Below, in pieces: positions 50,516 to 59,705 of a stretch of 64,000 nt of DNA. The notes under the pieces are model-generated. The model saw only the letters and a list, made by a program, of their open reading frames with translations, did no database searches and had not been told where the DNA came from. The DNA is from Promethearchaeia archaeon (GTDB lineage Archaea; Asgardarchaeota; Lokiarchaeia; Sigyniarchaeales; SOKP01): NCBI GenBank assembly GCA_029856155.1, contig JAHQWL010000081.1:32001-96000 (forward strand), given 5' to 3'. Made by a program: the position numbers and the translations under genes. Position 1 is the stretch's first letter, and every line of letters begins with the position of its first letter.

Positions 50516-51202
50516 TTATAGTATTGTTAAAGCAGCATTTAATGCAGCTAAGCGTGCCTTTTCTGGATTTTTACCTAATCCTATTATGACTACGTCGTTT
50601 TCTTCTAATTGAGAATTTTTTTTATTAATTAAATTGTGAATATAATTAAAAATATTATCGTCAACTTTCATTTGGTCTTTTTCATTATAACTAAGACTAT
50701 GAGATGGAAAAATTAAATTTTTACCATCAAAAAGTAAACAGGTTGCTCCAACACCCCCAATTTTTATAGCTGCATCTCTTTGTTCGATACCATTTGATAT
50801 TTTTTCAATTGCCTCCCTTACTAAACAAAAAAAAATGTGATTTCCTTCTGGTTTGATAATTATGTCTTTAAGTATCGATGGTTCCCCCTCCTCTATTAGT
50901 AGGATTTTTCGTTTTAGCTTTTTTAAAAATTCAAAACCATTTTGAGTCAGAATATGACCTTTTCTTTTATTTTCATCAGTTAAGACTCTAATGAAATTTA
51001 TTACTTGATTCAATTTTTTAATAAGAGATCTTGCCGTACCTGAACCAATTATCAATTCTTTTTGTAGGCGATATCTACCAATTCCTTCCTTATTTTCCTC
51101 AAATATGAATAGAGCTAAAATAACATGGACTATCTCAAATGATGGTTTAATCGTAGGGCTCTCAAATAACGTATCTAATTCTTCAAACATTATTACACTC
51201 AA
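50516..51202 (-). CDS. Winged-helix protein with DUF4443-like C-terminus
   Basis: KPSF, IGRYRLQKELIIGSGTARSLIKKL, GIEQRDAAIKIGGVGAT. Confidence 0.75.
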   Translation of the reverse strand: MSVIMFEELDTLFESPTIKPSFEIVHVILALFIFEENKEGIGRYRLQKELIIGSGTARSLIKKLNQVINFIRVLTDENKRKGHILTQNGFEFLKKLKRKILLIEEGEPSILKDIIIKPEGNHIFFCLVREAIEKISNGIEQRDAAIKIGGVGATCLLFDGKNLIFPSHSLSYNEKDQMKVDDNIFNYIHNLINKKNSQLEENDVVIIGLGKNPEKARLAALNAALTIL

Positions 51203-51319
51203 GTATAATTAATTAATATAAGAAAAAAATAAATATAAATCAGAATGTAATTTTATTAACTATCTAAATCCCGAAAATTCAAATAAGATATCCATAAATT
51301 GAAATTTCTGTAAAACAAA

Positions 51320-52309
51320 ATGGCTAAAAAAGAGAATGATAAAAGCTTTTATGAACCTCATGATTTAGTTTACTTTAAAACTAAAGAGGATGACGAAAGA
51401 AAGGCGATCGATAAATATTCATTTGAAAAGATTGATCAAGAAGATAAAATCAAACTTGTTAACAATTACCAACCATTTGGAAGTCATTTTCAATACTCGA
51501 TACTTGTTGATAACCAAAGTTTAGCCCCCATAACAGAATTAAAAATTAAAGTTAACATTCCTTCCTTCTTAACACTTTCAAGGTGCTACCCTCCTTCAGT
51601 AAGTATTCCTCTTTTGAATCCTAATAAAGATTCTAATCAATTAACTCTAGAGCTCGATGAATTAAATGAGAAAAGTAATAAACAAATACATTTACATTTT
51701 ATACCAAATGCTTTAGATAGGAAAGGAGAAATAAGAACAATTGTTACTTATGTTAATAATAAGGATACTATACGAGTTCTTGATAGTAGACCTGCAGAAA
51801 TAACCATTGATAATATATCTATTGAACCTAAGGTGGTCCCTTCTAGTTTCATTAGAGATTTCTCTCAAACTCCTGGAATTAAAAAAGCAATCAAAAGTAT
51901 GGGTATTGCTATTAATCACCAAATTGATCCTGGTATTTATTTTGATCTTTTAGAACAAATCTTTTTGCTTAATAATTTTCAGTTAGTCGCTAAGGATGCA
52001 GAGAAAAAAATTTTATGGTATTTTGGAACTGAATCTATCATAAAAGAAGATATCCTCGCGATTGGGCAAATTATTTCGAATAAAGTTGAAATAATAGCTA
52101 GTTCTTTTAATCATTACCTGTTAGTCTCTTTTTTGACTTTGCTCTCAAATGAGTTTAAAGAAGCAATTTTATCGAAAGGTATAATAAAATCAAAAGATCA
52201 AATTTTTAATTTAGAATGCCGGTATTGCGGAGCGATTCTCCCTTTTTTTCCAAACAAAGGTAATTCAATTGGTTGTACTAAATGTAATAACGAACAAATC
52301 GTTTGGTAA
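51320..52309 (+). CDS. Hypothetical protein: Ig-like sandwich, alpha/beta platform-like domain, Zn ribbon
   Basis: SILVDNQSLAPITELKIKV...LDEL...IHLHFIP...VTYVN; C-terminal CRYCG...CTKC. Confidence 0.7.
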   Translation: MAKKENDKSFYEPHDLVYFKTKEDDERKAIDKYSFEKIDQEDKIKLVNNYQPFGSHFQYSILVDNQSLAPITELKIKVNIPSFLTLSRCYPPSVSIPLLNPNKDSNQLTLELDELNEKSNKQIHLHFIPNALDRKGEIRTIVTYVNNKDTIRVLDSRPAEITIDNISIEPKVVPSSFIRDFSQTPGIKKAIKSMGIAINHQIDPGIYFDLLEQIFLLNNFQLVAKDAEKKILWYFGTESIIKEDILAIGQIISNKVEIIASSFNHYLLVSFLTLLSNEFKEAILSKGIIKSKDQIFNLECRYCGAILPFFPNKGNSIGCTKCNNEQIVW

Positions 52310-52395
52310 GATTATTAAAATGAACACTCAAATTTATTTAATTTATATTATTCTAAATTTGTATATTTAACTTCTTCTTAATAAAAGTAAAAATT

Positions 52396-53814
52396 ATGAG
52401 TTCACTGAAAAAGGAATTAGTGCCTTCAACTGCAGAAATGATGAGTTGGACTTCAGAGATATTCAAACAAGGTATTAGACGTCCAGGTTACCCCGCTGAT
52501 TATTGGGCAGAAAACTGGGTGAAAAAGCAATTTGATAGAATGGGTTTACAAGATGTTACTCTTGATCCTGTTCAAATAAAAAAATGGGAGGCTAATGAAA
52601 CCAAACTAAAAATTTGGTTGGTTGATAGTCCTAAAGACAAGTATGATATACCTTGTTTCCCTATACCTTATACTGCACCCATAAACGATCTCGAAGCAGA
52701 ATTATGCTTGATTTCAGACAACATGTCAATACCAGGGAAAATTGCTGTTTCAGAATTAAATTTACTTACGTTTCCCGTCAAGACATTAAAATCTTTATCC
52801 GGGATAGATCGATTTTATGATCCTAAGAATGATTTTGATAATTTAGAGCAAACAGTTCCTTTTGATTATAAAATACGTGCATTCTTAGAACCTCAATTAA
52901 AAGATAAGGTTGCTGGGTTTATTGGGATTTTATCAGGTTACCCTAGGGAAACAGATGAGTATTATGTTCCCTATGATGCTGTTGAGAGAGATATCCCTGG
53001 GGTTTATGTTAGTCGAAATAATGGAAAAATAATATTAGAATTAATTAAAAAAGGCGTAGTGAAAGCTAAGTTGTCATATAAAGCTACTATCTCCGAAGTT
53101 CGTTCCCATAACATTACAGGTTCCTTAGAAGGAATGTCTGACGAATGGATTATTATTGGTACTCACCATGATGGACCCTGGAACTCCGCAGTAGAGGATG
53201 CATCTGGCATGGTATTAGTCCTGGCTCAAGCTAAATATTGGTCTCAAATTCCTAAAGAACAACGTCCTTTCAATTTATTATTTCTAATGAACTGTGCACA
53301 TATGGCGGGAGGAAAAGGGGCATCAACCTTTTCAGAAAAAAATAAAGATTTTTTGAAGAAGGTAGTGGTTGGGATTCATTTAGAACATGTTGCTCGCGAT
53401 ATAAAAAGTGAAAACGGAAAGTTAGTTCCATTAGATGATCCTACTGTACGTTGGTGGTTTGTAAGTCGAATATTACCTCTTGAAGAAATTGTTGAAAATG
53501 CTATAATACATGAAGATTTGCAACGCTCCATTTTACTACCACCAGATGGATTCCCTCCTGGAAGAGAGAGTCCTCCTACAGATGGAAGTTTTTATCACCT
53601 AGGCGGAATTCCGTTCGTATCATTTTTAACAGCTCCTCCATATTTATTTGATACTGCCGATACAATGGATAAAATCCACGAAGAGAGTTATCACCCTCTC
53701 ACTCAAGCAGTTATTCTGATAATCAATGATTTAAAGGATTATACAGCAAGAGGATTAAGAAGTCTTGTTTTAAGTAAGAAAGAACGACATAAATTAAGAA
53801 AATACATGAAATAA
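52396..53814 (+). CDS. M28 family peptidase with PA domain
   Basis: IRRPG, HNITGSL, GTHHDG, AVEDASG, HLEH, TDG. Confidence 0.85.
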   Translation: MSSLKKELVPSTAEMMSWTSEIFKQGIRRPGYPADYWAENWVKKQFDRMGLQDVTLDPVQIKKWEANETKLKIWLVDSPKDKYDIPCFPIPYTAPINDLEAELCLISDNMSIPGKIAVSELNLLTFPVKTLKSLSGIDRFYDPKNDFDNLEQTVPFDYKIRAFLEPQLKDKVAGFIGILSGYPRETDEYYVPYDAVERDIPGVYVSRNNGKIILELIKKGVVKAKLSYKATISEVRSHNITGSLEGMSDEWIIIGTHHDGPWNSAVEDASGMVLVLAQAKYWSQIPKEQRPFNLLFLMNCAHMAGGKGASTFSEKNKDFLKKVVVGIHLEHVARDIKSENGKLVPLDDPTVRWWFVSRILPLEEIVENAIIHEDLQRSILLPPDGFPPGRESPPTDGSFYHLGGIPFVSFLTAPPYLFDTADTMDKIHEESYHPLTQAVILIINDLKDYTARGLRSLVLSKKERHKLRKYMK

Positions 53815-53823
53815 GTAGTTAAA

Positions 53824-54267
53824 ATGGAATATAAAGATTTATTAAAAGTAATTGCTCCATGTGGTCTTAATTGTTATAAGTGTTTTGCTAACTCTGAAGG
53901 ACCAATAAGAAAGACTAGTCTAAAGCTACAAGAATCTTTAGGCTCATTCGATATATATGCCGAAAGATTTTCATCGGTTCTCCCTATATTCAAAGAATAT
54001 CCTTCTTTTAAAGCATTACTCCAATATTTATCTGAAGAGAATTGCCTTGGATGTAGGGAAGGTTCATGTTTGTATCCCAACTGTGGAGTAAGAAATTGTT
54101 ACAAAGCTAAAAATGTCGATTTTTGTTTTCAGTGTAATGAATTTCCTTGTCAAAAAACTAATTTTGACTCCCACCTTGAGCAAAGATGGAAAAAAATAAA
54201 TAATCGAATGAAAGAGATTGGGATTGAAGCTTATTACCAAGAAACTAAGGATTTACCAAGATACTGA
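53824..54267 (+). CDS. DUF3795 Cys-rich protein
   Basis: APCGLNCYKC, CLGCR, C.VRNC, FCFQCNEFPC. Confidence 0.88.
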   Translation: MEYKDLLKVIAPCGLNCYKCFANSEGPIRKTSLKLQESLGSFDIYAERFSSVLPIFKEYPSFKALLQYLSEENCLGCREGSCLYPNCGVRNCYKAKNVDFCFQCNEFPCQKTNFDSHLEQRWKKINNRMKEIGIEAYYQETKDLPRY

Positions 54268-54800
54268 TAATAGAATAATTATAAATTGGAAAAAATCAAT
54301 TGTTATTTTCTTTTTATTTTAAAATTATTTATGTAAGATCATTCCAAATTGATTCTCCTCTTTTGGACTGGGAATATCATCGAAAAATCCAATTTTAAGG
54401 ACTCTATACATCTTAATTTTTAAAAAAAGTCATATAGCAAATCTTCAAAAATTTATTAGTATAGCGTTTCACAATTTGAATAAATTTCCCCTATCCTTTC
54501 TAATTTCATCTTTATTAATTTTTTAACAAACTACAGATAGGAAATAATATTATATCTTCCCAAATTTCAACAAAAATCGAAATTCCATAAAAATGTTCTA
54601 ACTTACACGAGATTGATCATTTTATTAATTTTGAATTTTGGCGTTCAATTCTTTTGTTTTTTATCTCCATAAAATGAAGCACTAAGGAAAATCTTTAAAT
54701 ATGTCAAAGAACATAGATATTATAATAAAATTAATTTAATCAAAAACTTTAAAATTAAAATTATTAACCAAAATAATAAAAAAGTGGAGGAATGAAAATT

Positions 54801-55010
54801 ATGAGCGAATATATATCCTGGTCTCCAATTAGAAGATTAATGAAACATAATGGTGCAATTATCGTTGCTCGTGATGCTGTGAATGAATTAGTTGATTGGA
54901 TGGGTACATCTGCTACCAAAATCACAAAAACTGCTTTATCCTTAACCAAGCATTCGAAGAGGAAGAAAGTAACTCGGGACGACATTCTTTTAGCAATTAA
55001 ATACTTCTAA
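54801..55010 (+). CDS. Archaeal histone
   Basis: SPIRRLMK..GA..VARDA...HSKRKKVTRDDI histone fold; GGAGG 10 nt upstream of ATG 54801. Confidence 0.92.
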   Translation: MSEYISWSPIRRLMKHNGAIIVARDAVNELVDWMGTSATKITKTALSLTKHSKRKKVTRDDILLAIKYF

Positions 55011-55035
55011 GGATTAAGAATCGTTTATTAAATCT

Positions 55036-55527
55036 TTATTTTATTTTTTTTTTACTCTTAAGTCTCATATTTTTATAAAATTTCTTTCTAATAACAATTA
55101 TCATATAACCAGCTGCAATTGAAATACCTAATCCCCAGAATGGAGTTTTAAATATTAATATAATACTCCCAACCGGATAAAGAAAGCGACTCAGAAATTT
55201 GATTTTTCGATTTTTAAATGGTTTGTTTCTTATACCTTGAATCGAGTACTGTAAAATTGAAGGGATCCAACAAAGTAAGAAAATTATTATAATTATTGGC
55301 AAACTAATGAAATTTATGATATAAAAATAAAATATATTGCAAAATATTAACGCGACTATAGTACCCAAACTAAAAGAAAAACATCCTATACAAATTGCAT
55401 AGTTAAATAAATAAAGTACATGATCATTAAAATCTGGACGATTTGGATTATGATGTGCTAACCAACTGATGATTATCTTCTTATCCTCTTGAATATCTTT
55501 TTTTTGGTCATGCATCTTTCTGTCCAA
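55036..55527 (-). CDS. DUF2085-like membrane protein
   Basis: AHH...DH......ICIGC followed by about 4 TM segments. Confidence 0.6.
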   Translation of the reverse strand: MDRKMHDQKKDIQEDKKIIISWLAHHNPNRPDFNDHVLYLFNYAICIGCFSFSLGTIVALIFCNIFYFYIINFISLPIIIIIFLLCWIPSILQYSIQGIRNKPFKNRKIKFLSRFLYPVGSIILIFKTPFWGLGISIAAGYMIIVIRKKFYKNMRLKSKKKIK

Positions 55528-55605
55528 TTTAAATAGTGAATAATCTAATGATCGTTTGATTGCAAAATAGAGATTGATTTTTCTTAATTACTGGGAAAAA
55601 TATAT

Positions 55606-56019
55606 TTATGAACAATCACAATCTCCACAATCGCAACCACTACAATCACACCCTCCACCACCACCACCACATGATCCTCCTCGGCGCTTTCCAGATCCAC
55701 ATGCTGTAGACCCTATGCAACAAATTATAATAGCACCTATAACAAGAAATGAAATTCCAATGGGAGTTCCTCCAATCATCATCGGTAGTCCAAAATAAAT
55801 TAATATAATTCCGACTACTACAACAAGAAGAACAGCAATAGCTGCACCCCCTTTAGTTTTTTTTGGTTTTGAAGGGGTATAAGGAGCTGCTTGATATGTT
55901 GGTTGTGTTGGTTGTGTTGGTTGAATATAAGGACTAGTGGAACTACCAATTGGTTTTGCACAAAAAGGACAAAAAACTGCCTCGTCAGGTATTTCTGAAC
56001 CACAATTAGTACAATACAT
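55606..56019 (-). CDS. Zn-ribbon plus 2-TM protein with Cys/Asp/Gly-rich C-terminal tail
   Basis: MYCTNCG...FCPFC; (QPT)3 linker; two TM helices; GGGCDCSGCDCGDCDCS*. Confidence 0.82.
   Translation of the reverse strand: MYCTNCGSEIPDEAVFCPFCAKPIGSSTSPYIQPTQPTQPTYQAAPYTPSKPKKTKGGAAIAVLLVVVVGIILIYFGLPMMIGGTPIGISFLVIGAIIICCIGSTACGSGKRRGGSCGGGGGGCDCSGCDCGDCDCS
55897..55923. repeat. 9-bp tandem repeat x3 (encodes QPT)
   Basis: TGTTGGTTG three times. Confidence 0.85.
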
Positions 56020-56339
56020 TTCAAACTCTAATTTATTTTGTTAAATTTCACATATTAATTCCTATAAAATAAAAGAAGAAACTTTTCAATTTAAATATAC
56101 ATAAATTAGAGGGAGATAAGTAATAGTTAAATCTTTAATCGTCTTAAAACCCATTTTTTATCTTTCTTTGAGATTGTTTAAGTTTACCAAAAGACTACTA
56201 TATATCTGAAAAACTAAAATAATTATACAAAGCTGTCAATGCTAACTTTCCTCATCAAAAGTAAGAACAATTGCATACAGCATAATTATAATCTTTATAA
56301 GACCAAGTAATAAATATTTTGAAAATTTATAAAGATTGA

Positions 56340-57353
56340 ATGAAAGAAGTTTATCCCGGTATTTTTCTAATAAAGGAAAAAGGGACATCTGGAGCAATAA
56401 AACCACCGGAAAATATATATGTGTTAGCTGGTTCAGATGGTATCATTTTTGATGCGGGATACGGAACTAAAAAAGCTATAAAGCACTTAATCACAGAATT
56501 AAAAAAAATTGAAGAAATCTATAAAGAACAAAATGAAGAGTTTAAGCTTACAAGAATCATCGTATCTCATTGCCACCCCGATCATTTTAGTGGATTAAAG
56601 CGAATAAGAGAGGCATTAGGAATAAAAATATCTCTTACAAAAAAAAGTGCTGAAATTATAAAAGACAAAAAAAGTTTTATTAAAAGTTTTGAAACAGATG
56701 CATATAAAGACTATATGAGAGTGAGGAAAAACATAACTCGAAGAATAATAAATGTATTAAGAAATGTTGGTTCGAGATTATTTTATCAACGCATATACGG
56801 TGTTTCTTATATAGATGATCCGGAGGAAATCCTTGATGAAAATGAAGATATCATAATAAATGGTGAGGTATGGCAAATTTTTCCCTCACCAGGACATGCT
56901 ATAGACCATATATCTCTTTATAATAAGGAAAAAGGTATTTTATTCTCTGGAGATAATATTTTAAGGAGTATAACTACTTGGCTTGGACCTCCAAATTGTG
57001 ATATATCAGAATATATAAAATCTATTGAAATGATTCAGAACTTACCTAATCTTAAATTAATATTAGCAGCTCATGGAAGTCCTATAGAAAATCCAAAAGA
57101 ACGAATTGCAGAGATCTTAACACATAGAAAAGAACGGGAGAAACAAGTACTTTATATAATTTATGAGAATTCAGACAATGGAATCTCTCCAAAAGATATA
57201 ATTAAAGCTATCTATCCAAAGGATAGTAGATTTCTCCATCAAGTTGCTCGTGGCTGGATAGTATTAACTTTAAAAATGCTAGAAGAAAAGAATTTAATAA
57301 AACGACAAGACACGAAAAAAAAGATAATATTTTTCCCTATCAATAAGGATTAG
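56340..57353 (+). CDS. MBL-fold metallo-hydrolase with C-terminal winged helix
   Basis: SHCHPDH, SPGHAIDH, SGD, AAHG. Confidence 0.9.
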   Translation: MKEVYPGIFLIKEKGTSGAIKPPENIYVLAGSDGIIFDAGYGTKKAIKHLITELKKIEEIYKEQNEEFKLTRIIVSHCHPDHFSGLKRIREALGIKISLTKKSAEIIKDKKSFIKSFETDAYKDYMRVRKNITRRIINVLRNVGSRLFYQRIYGVSYIDDPEEILDENEDIIINGEVWQIFPSPGHAIDHISLYNKEKGILFSGDNILRSITTWLGPPNCDISEYIKSIEMIQNLPNLKLILAAHGSPIENPKERIAEILTHRKEREKQVLYIIYENSDNGISPKDIIKAIYPKDSRFLHQVARGWIVLTLKMLEEKNLIKRQDTKKKIIFFPINKD

Positions 57354-57500
57354 ATTATCCATATCCTTAATTAGTTTACACATTCTTATACTTATTTCTA
57401 AATTAATAATAAGATTCTATTAACTGGAGGTCAATTTAATATTATAAAAATCTTACAGCGATATAGCTTTTAAAAATAATTAATCTAGAGTTTTTATAAT

Positions 57501-59654
57501 ATGCAAAAAGAGCTTAATCAATATTTAAATGGACCGTTCTTAAAAAAAAATCAGATATTTTGGAGAGATTATCAAAAAAATGTTGTTAATAGCTGTAAAA
57601 ATAAAAATTCTTTAGTAGTTCTACCAACAGGTTTAGGAAAAACAATAATTGGCATTTTATTAGTATCTACTTGTTTGAAAAAATATCCTAAAGCAAAAAT
57701 TATTATTCTTGCTCCGACACGGCCCTTAGTTTCACAACATAAAGCTTCATGTGAGCAATTTCTTGATATTAAGTTGGAAGAAATTACCTCATTTACGGGA
57801 AGAATCTCTCCAGAAAAAAGAATGTTATCATTTGAAAGCTCAAGAATTATAATTTCTACTCCCCAAGTAATAAAAAATGATTTGTTGAGGGGTAGATATG
57901 GATTATCTCAGGTCGCTCTAATTATTTTCGATGAGGCTCATAAAACTAAGGGAAATTATGCCTATAATTTTATTTCAGAAGAATATATTAATACGTGTAA
58001 AGATCCCCTAATCTTAGGATTAACTGCCTCACCCGGAAAAGATTATGAACGCATCCAGCAGATATGTGATAACTTGTATATAGAGAATATTATTTTTAAA
58101 ACTTATCAAGATAAAGATGTTAAAGATTACATTCATGATATCGATGTTTTCATAAATCTAATTGATTTACCGATTAAAGTGAGGGAATTAAGTGCTGTTT
58201 GGTACAATTTATTCGAAAAATTCTTAAGATTTTTTATTAAAAATAACCTCATTCCTCCAAATAAAGCATTTTATTCAAAATTAGATTTTTTGGGAATTTC
58301 TCGTGATTTAACATTTTCTTTACACTATGAAAAAGGAAATGAATTCGATTTATCTGAGGATGAATATTTGGAAAGTCTATATTACAAATCTCCAAAGATT
58401 ATTGATATTGTTAAAGAAAATCAACTTGATATCCCTTCTGTATACTCCTATTGTTCAAGTTGTATATCCATACTTCACGCTAAAGATTTACTGGAAACAC
58501 AAGATATTTCTCTTTTTAAATCTTTTCTAGATAAAATAAAATATAAAGCAAGCAGAGATATCTTATCTGCTAAAAGAATTATAAATTCAGAGCATTTTGA
58601 TCACATAAATTCTGTAATTGAAAATGAAGAGCAAAGTAATCTATCTCATCCTAAATTAAGAAAGGTTACTTCCATCATTAAAGAGGAAATTAAAGAATTT
58701 AGCAATAAAAAAATCCTAATTTTTACTCAATACCGGGAAATGGCAGAATTTCTTAAGAATAAGCTACAAAAAGAATTTAATGAACAACTAAATATTGAAA
58801 AATTTATTGGTCAAACAACTAAAAAAGATGATTGTGGATTTCCACAAAGGCTACAAATAGAAATATTACATAAATTTAGAGAGGGAGGTATACACATATT
58901 AATTGCCACAAGTGTTGCTGAAGAAGGATTAGATATCCCCAATGTGGATGCTATTATATTTTTTGAACCTATCCCTTCAGAAATAAGGTTAATTCAAAGA
59001 CGAGGAAGAACTGGAAGATATGCGCCTGGAAGATGCTATATACTTGTTACAGAAGAAAGCGTTGATATACCATTTCATATTGTTGCAAGACGAAAAGAAC
59101 ATTCAATGAACTCTGTTTTATCTAATCCTCAACAGTTAACATTAGTAAGTGGATTGGAACGCGAAAAAATTGATTTCTCTGTTAAAAATGATAAATCTAC
59201 TGGCTCTCAAGTTGTTAAAAATTTTAGAGAAAGAAGGGACTTAGAGCAAATCTATTTAGCAAATCGCGCTATTGAAGAAATTATTACACAGATTGATAAA
59301 TTTTGTAATAGTGAAGAATACAAGAATCTCAAGGATAGTGGCATTATTTTTTTTTCAGATATAATAAATATCGATGAACAACATTTGCGCCAGAAAATAA
59401 CTAAATTGAAAAAAAGAAGAATCAAACCTCCTACTAAACAAAAAGTTTATTTAAATAAACACGTAAAGTCATTGATAAATTTGGTTAAAATTTATGGCGT
59501 GAATGGAAGATTAGATTATACTGAATTTCAGAAACTTGCACGCGATGAGGAAATAGTTGACCAGAAGTTTACCATTCATTTCAATCAAGCATGCTTTTTA
59601 GGATATCTTGAAAAACTAGATGATTGTGTCCATTTTGTCATGGATTATGATTAA
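57501..59654 (+). CDS. Hef/FANCM/Mph1-family DEAH helicase lacking a recognisable ERCC4 nuclease domain
   Basis: RDYQ, LPTGLGKT, APTRPLV.QH, DEAH, LTASPG, HPK, ATSVAEEGLDIP, QRRGRTGR. Confidence 0.93.
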   Translation: MQKELNQYLNGPFLKKNQIFWRDYQKNVVNSCKNKNSLVVLPTGLGKTIIGILLVSTCLKKYPKAKIIILAPTRPLVSQHKASCEQFLDIKLEEITSFTGRISPEKRMLSFESSRIIISTPQVIKNDLLRGRYGLSQVALIIFDEAHKTKGNYAYNFISEEYINTCKDPLILGLTASPGKDYERIQQICDNLYIENIIFKTYQDKDVKDYIHDIDVFINLIDLPIKVRELSAVWYNLFEKFLRFFIKNNLIPPNKAFYSKLDFLGISRDLTFSLHYEKGNEFDLSEDEYLESLYYKSPKIIDIVKENQLDIPSVYSYCSSCISILHAKDLLETQDISLFKSFLDKIKYKASRDILSAKRIINSEHFDHINSVIENEEQSNLSHPKLRKVTSIIKEEIKEFSNKKILIFTQYREMAEFLKNKLQKEFNEQLNIEKFIGQTTKKDDCGFPQRLQIEILHKFREGGIHILIATSVAEEGLDIPNVDAIIFFEPIPSEIRLIQRRGRTGRYAPGRCYILVTEESVDIPFHIVARRKEHSMNSVLSNPQQLTLVSGLEREKIDFSVKNDKSTGSQVVKNFRERRDLEQIYLANRAIEEIITQIDKFCNSEEYKNLKDSGIIFFSDIINIDEQHLRQKITKLKKRRIKPPTKQKVYLNKHVKSLINLVKIYGVNGRLDYTEFQKLARDEEIVDQKFTIHFNQACFLGYLEKLDDCVHFVMDYD

Positions 59655-59705
59655 ATGCTTACAAATTAAATATGTCATAAATCTAAAACAAGAAAAATTC
59701 GATTA

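Noticed and set aside
54325-54411. 28-aa minus-strand ORF (MYRVLKIGFFDDIPSPKEENQFGMILHK) in the long intergenic region upstream of the histone gene
   Set aside because: Too short to support; possibly a gene remnant, but no identifiable homology.
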